A DNA stretch of 32,000 nt from Delftia acidovorans NBRC 14950 (GCF_001598795.1 NZ_BCZP01000003.1:90001-122000), one strand, 5' to 3'; shown: positions 1-7,050, numbered from the stretch's first letter. Numbers and translations: made by a program. Notes: generated by a model from the sequence alone, not told the origin.

Positions 1-113
1 ACCCCCTGTCCAAGCGCACGGACATCTACCTCAACAGCCTGCACGACCGCATCACGGGCACGGGCGCCGGCAGCGGCCAGACCTGGGGCCTGGGCCTGCG
101 CCACTATTTCTGA
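1..113 (+). CDS. 3' end of an outer-membrane general porin gene (partial; frame begins at nt 3)
   Basis: Frame 3 reads PLSKRTDIYLNSLHDRITGTGAGSGQTWGLGLRHYF, then TGA at 111-113. The terminal aromatic Phe and the GLxHxF-type ending are typical of Burkholderiales beta-barrel porins. Confidence 0.55.
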   Translation, partial: PLSKRTDIYLNSLHDRITGTGAGSGQTWGLGLRHYF

Positions 114-919
114 GTCCTGGGCTGGGGCTGGACCGGTGGCTGCTGCACCACGCGCAACACCGTCTCCACCATGTGGTCGCCCCAGCGCTGCAGCTCGGCC
201 TGCTGCAGCAGCTCCTTGTCGAAGAAGGCGCTCAGCGTGTGGCGATTGGAGAGGTAGAAGTAGCCCAGTCCCATGACCGTGATGTAGAGATCGTCGATGT
301 GCACATCGGGGCGGAACAGGCCCTGGGCCATTCCCGATTCCACGGCCTTGCGCAGCAGCGTGATGGCATTGGGAAAGAAGTCGCGTATGCCCGAGGCCTT
401 CTTCAGGTGCTTGCCCTTGAGCAGGTTTTCGGTGTTGAGCAGGAAGATCAGTTCCGGGTGCTCCTGGTAGTAGCGCCACATGAAGCGCACCACGGCCTCC
501 AGCGCCGCGCGCGGATCGTCGAAGTCCACCAGCAGCTTCGCCTCGGCCTCCACCAGCTTGCGGTAGGCGTTCTCCAGCACGGCGGCGAACAGCTTGTCCT
601 TGCTGCCGTAGTGGTAGTAGAGAAGGCTCTCGTAGCACTTGGCCTGCTTGCCGATGCGCTGCACGCTGGCGCCGTCGTAGCCACTTCTGGCGAACTCGAT
701 CTCGGCCGCCAGCAAGATGGCCTCCTTGGTCGTCTTGCCGGTCTTGGCAGTCCGCTTGCGCCCCGCAGACGCCTTGGCAGGGGCCGACTTCGCAGCGGCT
801 TTCCTGGCGGGCGCAGCCTTGCGCTTCGGGGTGGCGGGAACTTCCTCGGGATCAGTGGTCATGGGCACGGCGTCAGGTGAATGGGGCGTTGCGTCGGCCA
901 TTCTAGGGAAAAACGCCAT
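104..919 (-). CDS. TetR/AcrR-family transcriptional regulator with an N-terminal Ala/Lys/Pro-rich basic tail
   Basis: 271-aa ORF with ATG at 919. The segment KEAILLAAEIEFARSGYDGASVQRIGKQAKCYESLLYYHYGSKDKLF matches the TetR HTH signature. It is divergent from the oxygenase cassette. The true start (919, 901 or 862) is unresolved because none has a clear SD. Confidence 0.85.
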   Translation of the reverse strand: MAFFPRMADATPHSPDAVPMTTDPEEVPATPKRKAAPARKAAAKSAPAKASAGRKRTAKTGKTTKEAILLAAEIEFARSGYDGASVQRIGKQAKCYESLLYYHYGSKDKLFAAVLENAYRKLVEAEAKLLVDFDDPRAALEAVVRFMWRYYQEHPELIFLLNTENLLKGKHLKKASGIRDFFPNAITLLRKAVESGMAQGLFRPDVHIDDLYITVMGLGYFYLSNRHTLSAFFDKELLQQAELQRWGDHMVETVLRVVQQPPVQPQPRTQK

Positions 920-926
920 ATTGAAA

Positions 927-964
927 TTGAGTGTTCACTCAAACAAAATTGAGTGAACACTCAA
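927..964. promoter_or_regulatory. Two 16-bp palindromic operator candidates in the divergent TetR/oxygenase intergenic region
   Basis: TTGAGTGTTCACTCAA (927-942) and TTGAGTGAACACTCAA (949-964) are exact reverse complements of each other. Each has 7-bp arms (TTGAGTG/CACTCAA), and they are 6 bp apart. A possible promoter, TTGAAA (921-926)-N17-CAAAAT (944-949), would place O1 in the spacer and O2 over the transcription start. Confidence 0.6.
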
Positions 965-978
965 CAAGGAGAGCCCCC

Positions 979-2007
979 ATGGAAACCTATGTACTCGATA
1001 CCTGGTACCCGCTGACCTGGTCGCGCAACGTGGGCCGCCAGCTGTCGGCGCACCGCATCGTCGAACGCGACGTGGTGCTCTACCGCACCGAGGCCGGCGC
1101 CGTCGTGGCCATGGAGGACGCCTGCCCCCACCGCCTGCTGCCGCTGTCCATGGGCAAGCTCAAGGGCGATGCCATCGAATGCGGCTACCACGGCCTGACC
1201 TTCGACTGCAGCGGCCGCTGCACGCGCGTGCCGGGCCAGGACATGATCCCGGGCAACGCCGTGGTGACCACCTATCCGGTCAAGGAGAACATGGGCCTGG
1301 TCTGGATCTGGATGGGCGATCCCTCGCGCGCCGACAGCGTGCCGGTGTTCGACCTGCCCCAGTACCACGACCCGGCGTGGAGCGCCGTCGAAGGCGATGC
1401 GCTGCGCATAGAGGCCAACTACCTGAACCTGGCCGACAACCTCTGCGACCCCGCCCATGTGAGCTTCGTTCACCTGAGCACGCTGGGCAACGCGGCCAGC
1501 GAGGACATCCCCGTGCACCACGAGGAGCTGGACGGCCGCATCGTCACCTGGCGCTGGATCATCGATGCGCCGGCCATTCCGCTGTTCGCCAAGTACGGCA
1601 ATTTCAGCGGCAACGTGGACCGCTGGCACTACTACCACTACCACGCGCCCAGCATCGCCATCATCGACTTCGGCAGTGCCGCCACGGGCACGGGCGCCCC
1701 CGAGGGCCGGCGCGACAACTGCATGCAGATCTATGCCTGCCACTTCATGACGCCCGTGGACCGGAACACCTCCATCGACCACTGGCTGCACGTCAAGAAC
1801 TTCACGGCCGATGCCGACACCAATGCGGCCCTCTCTGCCGACTTCCGCGTCGCCTTCGCCGAGGACAAGGCCATCCTCGAAGCCATAGAGCGCAACGAAA
1901 AGCGCTTTGCCACGCGCAAGACCATCAAGATCGCCATCGATGCGGCCCCCCGGCGCATGCGCCGCATGGTGGACCGCATGATCGAGGGCGCGCCCACGGG
2001 CGGCTGA
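979..2007 (+). CDS. Rieske [2Fe-2S] non-heme-iron oxygenase, alpha-only type (VanA / dicamba-monooxygenase-like, phthalate family)
   Basis: AAGGAG at 966-971 precedes the ATG at 979. Rieske motif CPHRLLPLS...ECGYHG (CxH...CxxH). Mononuclear iron motif NLCDPAHVSFVH (D-x2-H-x4-H). About 342 aa and no beta-subunit gene. Confidence 0.9.
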   Translation: METYVLDTWYPLTWSRNVGRQLSAHRIVERDVVLYRTEAGAVVAMEDACPHRLLPLSMGKLKGDAIECGYHGLTFDCSGRCTRVPGQDMIPGNAVVTTYPVKENMGLVWIWMGDPSRADSVPVFDLPQYHDPAWSAVEGDALRIEANYLNLADNLCDPAHVSFVHLSTLGNAASEDIPVHHEELDGRIVTWRWIIDAPAIPLFAKYGNFSGNVDRWHYYHYHAPSIAIIDFGSAATGTGAPEGRRDNCMQIYACHFMTPVDRNTSIDHWLHVKNFTADADTNAALSADFRVAFAEDKAILEAIERNEKRFATRKTIKIAIDAAPRRMRRMVDRMIEGAPTGG

Positions 2008-2017
2008 GGAGCGGGCC

Positions 2018-3070
2018 ATGCACGACGATACCCACCCGACCCTCCCGCCGATCGGCTGCAACGGCCGTGGCGTGCAGCGCTCCTCGCGCCACCAGCCCAT
2101 CGGCCTTCAGGAGCTGCCCATACGCGAGCAGTTCCGCCTGGTCAGTGAAACCGGCGCCTTCGACTGCTTCGACCGCCTGCCTCTGCGCACGCAAATGGCC
2201 GAGTACGAGGCCGCCATCGCCGAGTTCAACCTGCCCGTGCACACGGCCAGCTGGTTCTACCGCCTGGGCGAGGACGAGGCCCTGCTGGCCCACAACCTGC
2301 GCATCTGCCAGGCCATAGGCGCGCGCTGCCACAACATCATGACCTTCAAGCACCACCGCGACGGCCATGTGCTGGACGATGCCGAGATCACCGACCACTA
2401 CCTGCGCGTCTACGACGACGCCATGGCTCTGGGCGTGGAGCCCAGCTTCGAGCTGCACGTCAACATGTGGACCGAGGATTTCCTGCGCGTACGCGAGGTG
2501 GCCCGGCGCGTGCAGGCGCATGGCGTGCCCTTCCACTTCACGCTGGACTACAGCCATGTGAACTTCAAGATCGGCAACCCGGCCGAGCAGGAACTGTCGG
2601 GCGTGCGCGAGCTGGTCGAGAGCGGCGAACTGGTGCTGGACCCCTTCGAGCCCGGCTCGCTGTGCGAACAATGGCTGGACATGGGCATCGTGCGCTGGGC
2701 CCAGCTGCGCGCAGCCGGCCCCAACCAGCCCCTGAACCTGTGGCACCGCAACGAAGACGGCAGCCCGGGCCGGGGCATCCAGTACCCCATGCTGCGGCCC
2801 GGCCCCGGCGAATGGCATTCGCCCTGGCACGCCTATCTGCTGGAGCCCTCCAAAGAGGCCATCCGCAAGGTGCTGGCCTACCACCACGCGCACCCGCACA
2901 GCCCGCTGCGCCACCTCACCACCGAATTCATCAACCTGCCCGACTACGGCCTGGGCGCACGCTATGACCTGCTGGCGCAGAACGTGGCGGCCGCACGCTT
3001 CATGCGGCAAGCCTGGGCCGAAATCTGCGCCCGCCCCGCAGTCCAGGCCTCGTGCAAAGGTGCATCATGA
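2018..3070 (+). CDS. Conserved hypothetical protein, possibly xylose-isomerase-like TIM-barrel fold; function unknown
   Basis: 350-aa ORF starting 11 nt after the oxygenase stop, with GGAG at 2008-2011. Its stop overlaps the next gene's start (ATGA at 3067-3070). Segments such as SFELHVNMWTEDF and FHFTLDYSHVNF resemble the metal-binding strands of AP-endonuclease-2/sugar-phosphate-isomerase TIM barrels. The fold call rests only on this weak resemblance. Confidence 0.7.
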   Translation: MHDDTHPTLPPIGCNGRGVQRSSRHQPIGLQELPIREQFRLVSETGAFDCFDRLPLRTQMAEYEAAIAEFNLPVHTASWFYRLGEDEALLAHNLRICQAIGARCHNIMTFKHHRDGHVLDDAEITDHYLRVYDDAMALGVEPSFELHVNMWTEDFLRVREVARRVQAHGVPFHFTLDYSHVNFKIGNPAEQELSGVRELVESGELVLDPFEPGSLCEQWLDMGIVRWAQLRAAGPNQPLNLWHRNEDGSPGRGIQYPMLRPGPGEWHSPWHAYLLEPSKEAIRKVLAYHHAHPHSPLRHLTTEFINLPDYGLGARYDLLAQNVAAARFMRQAWAEICARPAVQASCKGAS

Positions 3071-4302
3071 CCCCCGCACAACACGCCCAAGGCCATGCCG
3101 TCATCATCGGCGCCGGGCATGCCGGCGGCACCCTGGCCGCCCTGCTGCGCCAGTACGGCCACCCGGGCCCCATCACCCTGGTCGGCGGCGAAGACCTGCC
3201 GCCCTACCAGCGCCCGCCGCTGTCCAAGGCCTGGCTGCAGCAGGCCATGGGCCCGGACGATCTGCTGCTGCGGCCCGCCAGCGCCTATGCCGACCAGGCC
3301 ATTGCCTTGCGCCTGGGCGTGCGCGCCATGGCCATAGAGCCGGGCTCGCGGCAGGTAGCGCTGAACGACGGGTCGGCACTGCACTACGACCACCTGGTCA
3401 TTGCCACAGGCGCCGCACCGCGCTGGCTGGCCCTGCCCGGGGGTGAGCGGCCCGGCGTGACCTACCTGCGCACCATGGAAGACGCGCAGGCGCTGCGGGG
3501 CCACCTGCAGACCGCCCGCTGCCTGGCCATCATCGGCGGCGGCTATGTGGGTCTCGAAGTCGCATCCACGGCCCGCAAGCTGGGGGTGCAGGTCCGGGTC
3601 ATCGAGCGCGAAGGCAGGCTGCTGTCGCGCAGCACCTCGCCCCAGATGGCCGCACATCTGCACGGCCTGCATGCAGGCCAGGGCGTGGAGGTGCATTTCA
3701 ACGCCTCGGTCACCGCCATCCAGGGCGACAGCCCCACCGGCATCACGGGCCTGAGGATGGCCGATGGCTCCCGCCTGGAGTGCGATGCCGTGCTCATCGG
3801 CGTGGGCGCAGCGCCCAGCGTGGAGCTGGCGCAGTCCCTCGGCCTGGACTGCGCGGGCGGGATTGCCGTGGACGGCGAAGGCCGTACCGCCATGGCCGGC
3901 ATCTACGCCATAGGCGATGCCACGCGCCGCCCCCTGGCCGGCTACCCCGGGCTGCACCGGCTCGAAAGCGTGCCCAGCGCGCTCGAACAGGCCCGGCGCG
4001 CAGCCTGCTCCATCACGGGCCGCGCACTGCCCGCCCATGAAGCGCCCTGGTTCTGGTCCGATCAGTACGACACCAAGCTGCAGATCGCCGGCCTGCCCGG
4101 CCATGGCGACCAGACCGTGCTGCGCGGCGACCCGGCCAGCGGCAGGTTCGCCGTCCTGCACCTGCGCGGTGGCCAGCTGCGCGCCGCCGAATGCGTGAAC
4201 TCACCGGGCGAATTCATGGCAGCGCGCAAGGCCATCGCCGCCACGCACTGCGCCCACCCCAGTTTCCCGCCCCTCCCCCCAAAAGCCCCACCCACGCCAT
4301 GA
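3067..4302 (+). CDS. FAD-dependent ferredoxin-NAD(P)+ reductase (putidaredoxin-reductase / glutathione-reductase type)
   Basis: The ATG at 3067 overlaps the upstream TGA. There are two Rossmann motifs: VIIGAGHAGGTLA and IIGGGYVGLEVA. It also contains YAIGDAT and the C-terminal FWSDQYD motif typical of this reductase family. Confidence 0.9.
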   Translation: MTPAQHAQGHAVIIGAGHAGGTLAALLRQYGHPGPITLVGGEDLPPYQRPPLSKAWLQQAMGPDDLLLRPASAYADQAIALRLGVRAMAIEPGSRQVALNDGSALHYDHLVIATGAAPRWLALPGGERPGVTYLRTMEDAQALRGHLQTARCLAIIGGGYVGLEVASTARKLGVQVRVIEREGRLLSRSTSPQMAAHLHGLHAGQGVEVHFNASVTAIQGDSPTGITGLRMADGSRLECDAVLIGVGAAPSVELAQSLGLDCAGGIAVDGEGRTAMAGIYAIGDATRRPLAGYPGLHRLESVPSALEQARRAACSITGRALPAHEAPWFWSDQYDTKLQIAGLPGHGDQTVLRGDPASGRFAVLHLRGGQLRAAECVNSPGEFMAARKAIAATHCAHPSFPPLPPKAPPTP

Positions 4303-4619
4303 CCACCATCACCTTCATAGAACACAGCGGCCGCGAGCACGTGGTACAGGCCACGGACGGCCAGAGCCTCATGCGCGCCGCCGTCTCCAACGGCGTGCCG
4401 GGCATCGATGCCGAATGCGGCGGCGCCTGTGCCTGCGCCACCTGCCATGTCTACATACAACCGGAGTGGCTGGACCGCGTGGGCCCGGCCCAGGGCGGCG
4501 AAAGGGAGATGCTGGACTTCGCCCTCGACGTGCGCGGCGACTCGCGGCTGGCCTGCCAGATCACGGTATCGCCACAGCTGAATGGGCTGGTAGTGGGCAT
4601 GCCGGTGGCGCAAAGCTGA
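4299..4619 (+). CDS. [2Fe-2S] ferredoxin, putidaredoxin/adrenodoxin type
   Basis: The ATG at 4299 overlaps the reductase TGA (ATGA). 106 aa. Cluster ligands lie in ECGGACACATCHV (C-x5-C-x2-C) plus the distal Cys in RLACQI. Confidence 0.9.
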   Translation: MTTITFIEHSGREHVVQATDGQSLMRAAVSNGVPGIDAECGGACACATCHVYIQPEWLDRVGPAQGGEREMLDFALDVRGDSRLACQITVSPQLNGLVVGMPVAQS

Positions 4620-4832
4620 CGCAGGTACCGCCCTCGGCATTCGGGAGGCATCTTCAGAAACTGCCTTTGAACGCGTATGGCTGGATATTCCTGCGCGTTG
4701 ACTAGCATTGCAATGGGTGAGAGACCGACCAAGACAGACATAGCTGCTGCTATCGTGAGCAGAATCCCACTCTCTGCCATCACCGGAGCCACTGTCTTGA
4801 ACATGTCAAACGCCGACTCAACTATTTGGAAT

Positions 4833-4844
4833 TCTAGATCTAGA
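4833..4844. repeat. Perfect 12-bp palindrome TCTAGATCTAGA, preceded by an overlapping GAATTC
   Basis: Read directly from the sequence: ggAATTCTAGATCTAGActc. The palindrome is its own reverse complement and contains two CTAG tetranucleotides. Confidence 0.9.
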
Positions 4845-4979
4845 CTCTCGCTGCTCTGCAACTAAGAAGGGGGCGCTACTGCTGCACTCGAGACTTGAGC
4901 TATATCGTACTCAGGCCACTGTGACCAGCAATCCCAAACCCCGTTGCCTAGAGCAAGACGACTGATGAAGCCCCGCATA

Positions 4980-4988
4980 CAGTCTTAG
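4980..4988. repeat. Left copy of the 9-bp direct repeat CAGTCTTAG flanking the AT-rich insert
   Basis: Exact match to 6089-6097. It lies 39 nt beyond the stop of the orphan gene. Confidence 0.6.
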
Positions 4989-5026
4989 ATTCTTTCGGAT
5001 CTACTACTCACCCACACCATTAGCCC

Positions 5027-6040
5027 TTACTTATAGCAATCCACCATTCTATGAAAAATAATCCCCCTTTGCTCTGCCGATTTTACTTTCATCTGATTCC
5101 ATGAGATTTTCCTAAAAAGATCGCTTTTTCTGCTTATCAAAAAGGCCCTCTCGTGATTGCTAGGAACAGGGATCACTTTCATTACTGGATCAGTAGATAC
5201 TACCAATTTCATTTCTTCTTCGGTGAGAGCACACTTATTTGCTGGGCCAGCATCAAATTCAAAAACTATTGCCGACAGAATAATCTCTACGAAATTTTTA
5301 GAAAACCCCATTGTTGCCACGTGCACACCTGTATAAGAGGCCAAAAAACTCATGAACAGCAAAATAGCCATTCCGATCTTTCTCAAATGGACCCGCGTAT
5401 GAACAAGTATTCCGACATCACTTGATCTATTCAAAGAAAACAACACAGGAAATATTTTACCTGTGGATTTTCGCTTCTTATCACCTATTTTAGAAAACAC
5501 AGTAAGAAAGGCAACCTCAAACATCAACGCAAAAATACTCAATAAAAGAGAAACAAACGTCAACAAAAAAATACATATTGCCGCAATACTTGCCATAGGC
5601 ACAGTTGAGGCATGAATTTTCAAAATATCGCCAACCATTACAGATGCATAACCTCTGGCCAGATAAACAACAAATACAGGAAGAACCAACAAAGCAATTC
5701 TAAAGAATACATCAGCCCAGAGAATTCTGAAGAAATTTATTTTTGAAAAAACAGACAAGGTCAAAGAAGAAACCAAGAAAACATAACCCAGAACAATCAC
5801 TAAAAACCAAAATAGATTAAACGAATTATTCAGAGAAAAAAACAATAAAGCCATCGATGAAATATGTAAAAAAGATATAATCCAGACCCATGTACCAGAT
5901 ATTGATCTGAGCTGTTTTTCAAAAATAACAGAAGCCATCCTTCTGTAAAAACTCCAACTCCTGCATATCCAAGCTGCAAGAAACACATTCACCAACAAAT
6001 AAATAAAAACAATCAAAACAACGCAAAAAACCTTCAACAT
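5027..6040 (-). CDS. Orphan polytopic membrane protein (about 7-8 predicted TM helices plus a ~75-aa soluble C-terminal tail); no family recognised
   Basis: 337-aa ORF with ATG at 6040 in DNA of about one-third G+C. Hydrophobic runs include KVFCVVLIVFIYLLVNVFLAAWI, TWVWIISFLHISSMALLFFSL, LFWFLVIVLGYVFLVSSLTLSVF, VFFRIALLVLPVFVVYLA, MASIAAICIFLLTFVSLLLSIFALMF and IGMAILLFMSFLASYTGVHVA. The C-terminus DAGPANKCALTEEEMKLVV...RMVDCYK is polar. This is the only long ORF in the AT-rich block. Confidence 0.7.
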   Translation of the reverse strand: MLKVFCVVLIVFIYLLVNVFLAAWICRSWSFYRRMASVIFEKQLRSISGTWVWIISFLHISSMALLFFSLNNSFNLFWFLVIVLGYVFLVSSLTLSVFSKINFFRILWADVFFRIALLVLPVFVVYLARGYASVMVGDILKIHASTVPMASIAAICIFLLTFVSLLLSIFALMFEVAFLTVFSKIGDKKRKSTGKIFPVLFSLNRSSDVGILVHTRVHLRKIGMAILLFMSFLASYTGVHVATMGFSKNFVEIILSAIVFEFDAGPANKCALTEEEMKLVVSTDPVMKVIPVPSNHERAFLISRKSDLFRKISWNQMKVKSAEQRGIIFHRMVDCYK

Positions 6041-6088
6041 AATTCTTTCTCATCCCAAATTTAAATCCCACCACATTTGACACTCCAT

Positions 6089-6097
6089 CAGTCTTAG
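6089..6097. repeat. Right copy of the 9-bp direct repeat CAGTCTTAG
   Basis: Exact match to 4980-4988. It contains the LysR stop codon (TTA on the plus strand at 6094-6096). Confidence 0.6.
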
Positions 6098-7023
6098 CGT
6101 CTACCCGCTACCGCCCGCAAACACTCCACCAGCAATCTCGTCGTCGCCGTCATCGGCTGGCCGCGCAGGGTGATCAGGCCCACGGGCGGCAGGTCGATCG
6201 GCACGGGCAGGTCCAGCACGGCGACCAGCCCCTGCTGCGCGAAATGCTGCGCCACGCCGCGCGCCATGAAGGCCACGGCGCCGCGCTGGTGCAGGAAGCT
6301 GATCTGCGACAGGAATGAGGCGGACTCGACCAGATCGGCCGGCGGATGCAGGCCGTGGGCGAAGAACTGCTGCTCCAGCTTCACGCGCAGCGATGCCCAG
6401 GGCGGGGGCATGACGCAGGGCATGTCGGCCAGCGCCTGCCAGCTCGCAGCCTGCGCCAGCAACGCATGGCCGGGGCGCACGACGGCGACCATGGGCTCGT
6501 CGTACAGGGCTTCGGTCTCCAGGTCGGGCGAGGCATAGCCGGGTTCGAGCCGGCCCACGAACAGGTCCAGCTCGCCCATGCGCAGCTTGGGCAGCAGCCG
6601 CGTGAGATCGCCCTCCTCGACCAGCACCGTGGTCTGGGCCGATCGCGCCTTCAACTGCTCGACGGCCCGGGCCAGCAGCACGGGCGTGGCCACCACCATG
6701 GCGCCCACGCTGGTGCGCCCGCGTGTGCCGCTGGCCTCGGCCGCCATTTCATCGCGCGTGCGTTCAAAGCCCGCCAGCACCGAGCGCGCAAAGCGCACCA
6801 TGCTGACGCCGGCCGCCGTGGGCTCGGTGCCGCGCGTGGAGCGCTCGAACAGCGTCATGTCCAGCATGCGCTCTATCTCGGCCAGGGTCTTGGAGACGGC
6901 GGGCTGGGTGACGGCCAGGAACTCGGCGGCGCGGCCCAGGTGGCGGAACTGGTCCAGGGCCACCAGCAGCTGCAGGTGGCGCAGCTTGAGGTTGGAGCGC
7001 AGCACGCGGTCTATCTTGCTCAT
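6094..7023 (-). CDS. LysR-family transcriptional regulator
   Basis: 309 aa. N-terminal HTH: LRHLQLLVALDQFRHLGRAAEFLAVTQPAVSKTLAEIERMLDMTLFERSTRG. Divergent from the catabolic operon starting at 7161. Confidence 0.9.
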   Translation of the reverse strand: MSKIDRVLRSNLKLRHLQLLVALDQFRHLGRAAEFLAVTQPAVSKTLAEIERMLDMTLFERSTRGTEPTAAGVSMVRFARSVLAGFERTRDEMAAEASGTRGRTSVGAMVVATPVLLARAVEQLKARSAQTTVLVEEGDLTRLLPKLRMGELDLFVGRLEPGYASPDLETEALYDEPMVAVVRPGHALLAQAASWQALADMPCVMPPPWASLRVKLEQQFFAHGLHPPADLVESASFLSQISFLHQRGAVAFMARGVAQHFAQQGLVAVLDLPVPIDLPPVGLITLRGQPMTATTRLLVECLRAVAGRR

Positions 7024-7030
7024 GGGGTCT

Positions 7031-7050
7031 TCATAGCTTTGAGGTTATGA
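7031..7050. promoter_or_regulatory. Candidate LysR-type binding dyad TCATA-N10-TATGA
   Basis: TCATAGCTTTGAGGTTATGA lies 8 nt upstream of the LysR start, in the divergent intergenic region. It has AT-rich dyad symmetry in the T-N11-A style. Confidence 0.4.

Larger units (their letters stand above)
4620..6093. other. Compositionally foreign islet: mid-GC spacer plus a ~1.1-kb AT-rich single-gene insert
   Basis: Hand counts of G+C give 18/60 at 5701-5760, 27/60 at 4801-4860 and 31/60 at 4681-4740. Both flanking genes are clearly higher. The islet lies between two convergent core genes. Confidence 0.7.

Noticed and set aside
961-4161. Minus-strand ORFs 961-2100, 1925-3010 and 2962-4161, and alternative-frame plus-strand ORFs (1179-2318, 2467-2967, 2964-3446 and others)
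   Set aside because: They overlap the coupled oxygenase cassette, whose frames carry Rieske, Rossmann and ferredoxin motifs. None has motifs of its own.
4451-4861. 136-aa minus-strand ORF in the mid-GC spacer, possibly a second gene of the islet
   Set aside because: The track start is a TTG codon and the first ATG is at 4804. There is no SD. The frame stays open only because it runs about 170 nt antisense into the ferredoxin gene. It could be a degraded gene remnant, but I cannot support it as a CDS. The same applies to the 62-aa plus-strand ORF at 4677-4865.
4828-4891. Interpreting GAATTCTAGATCTAGA ... CTCGAG as a synthetic polylinker or engineering scar
   Set aside because: No recognisable vector, marker, transposon-end or BioBrick prefix/suffix sequence flanks it. 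The surrounding DNA looks like natural mid-GC spacer. It is kept only as a low-probability alternative under the CTAG finding.
5153-5425. 90-aa plus-strand ORF inside the AT-rich gene
   Set aside because: It is antisense to the only long ORF of the islet. It is short and has no RBS.
4980-6097. Integron cassette, IS element or MITE as an explanation for the 1.1-kb insert
   Set aside because: Downstream of the ORF I found no attC-like core/inverse-core sites (GTTRRRY/RYYYAAC). Inside the 9-bp repeats there are no terminal inverted repeats. There is no transposase or integrase ORF.
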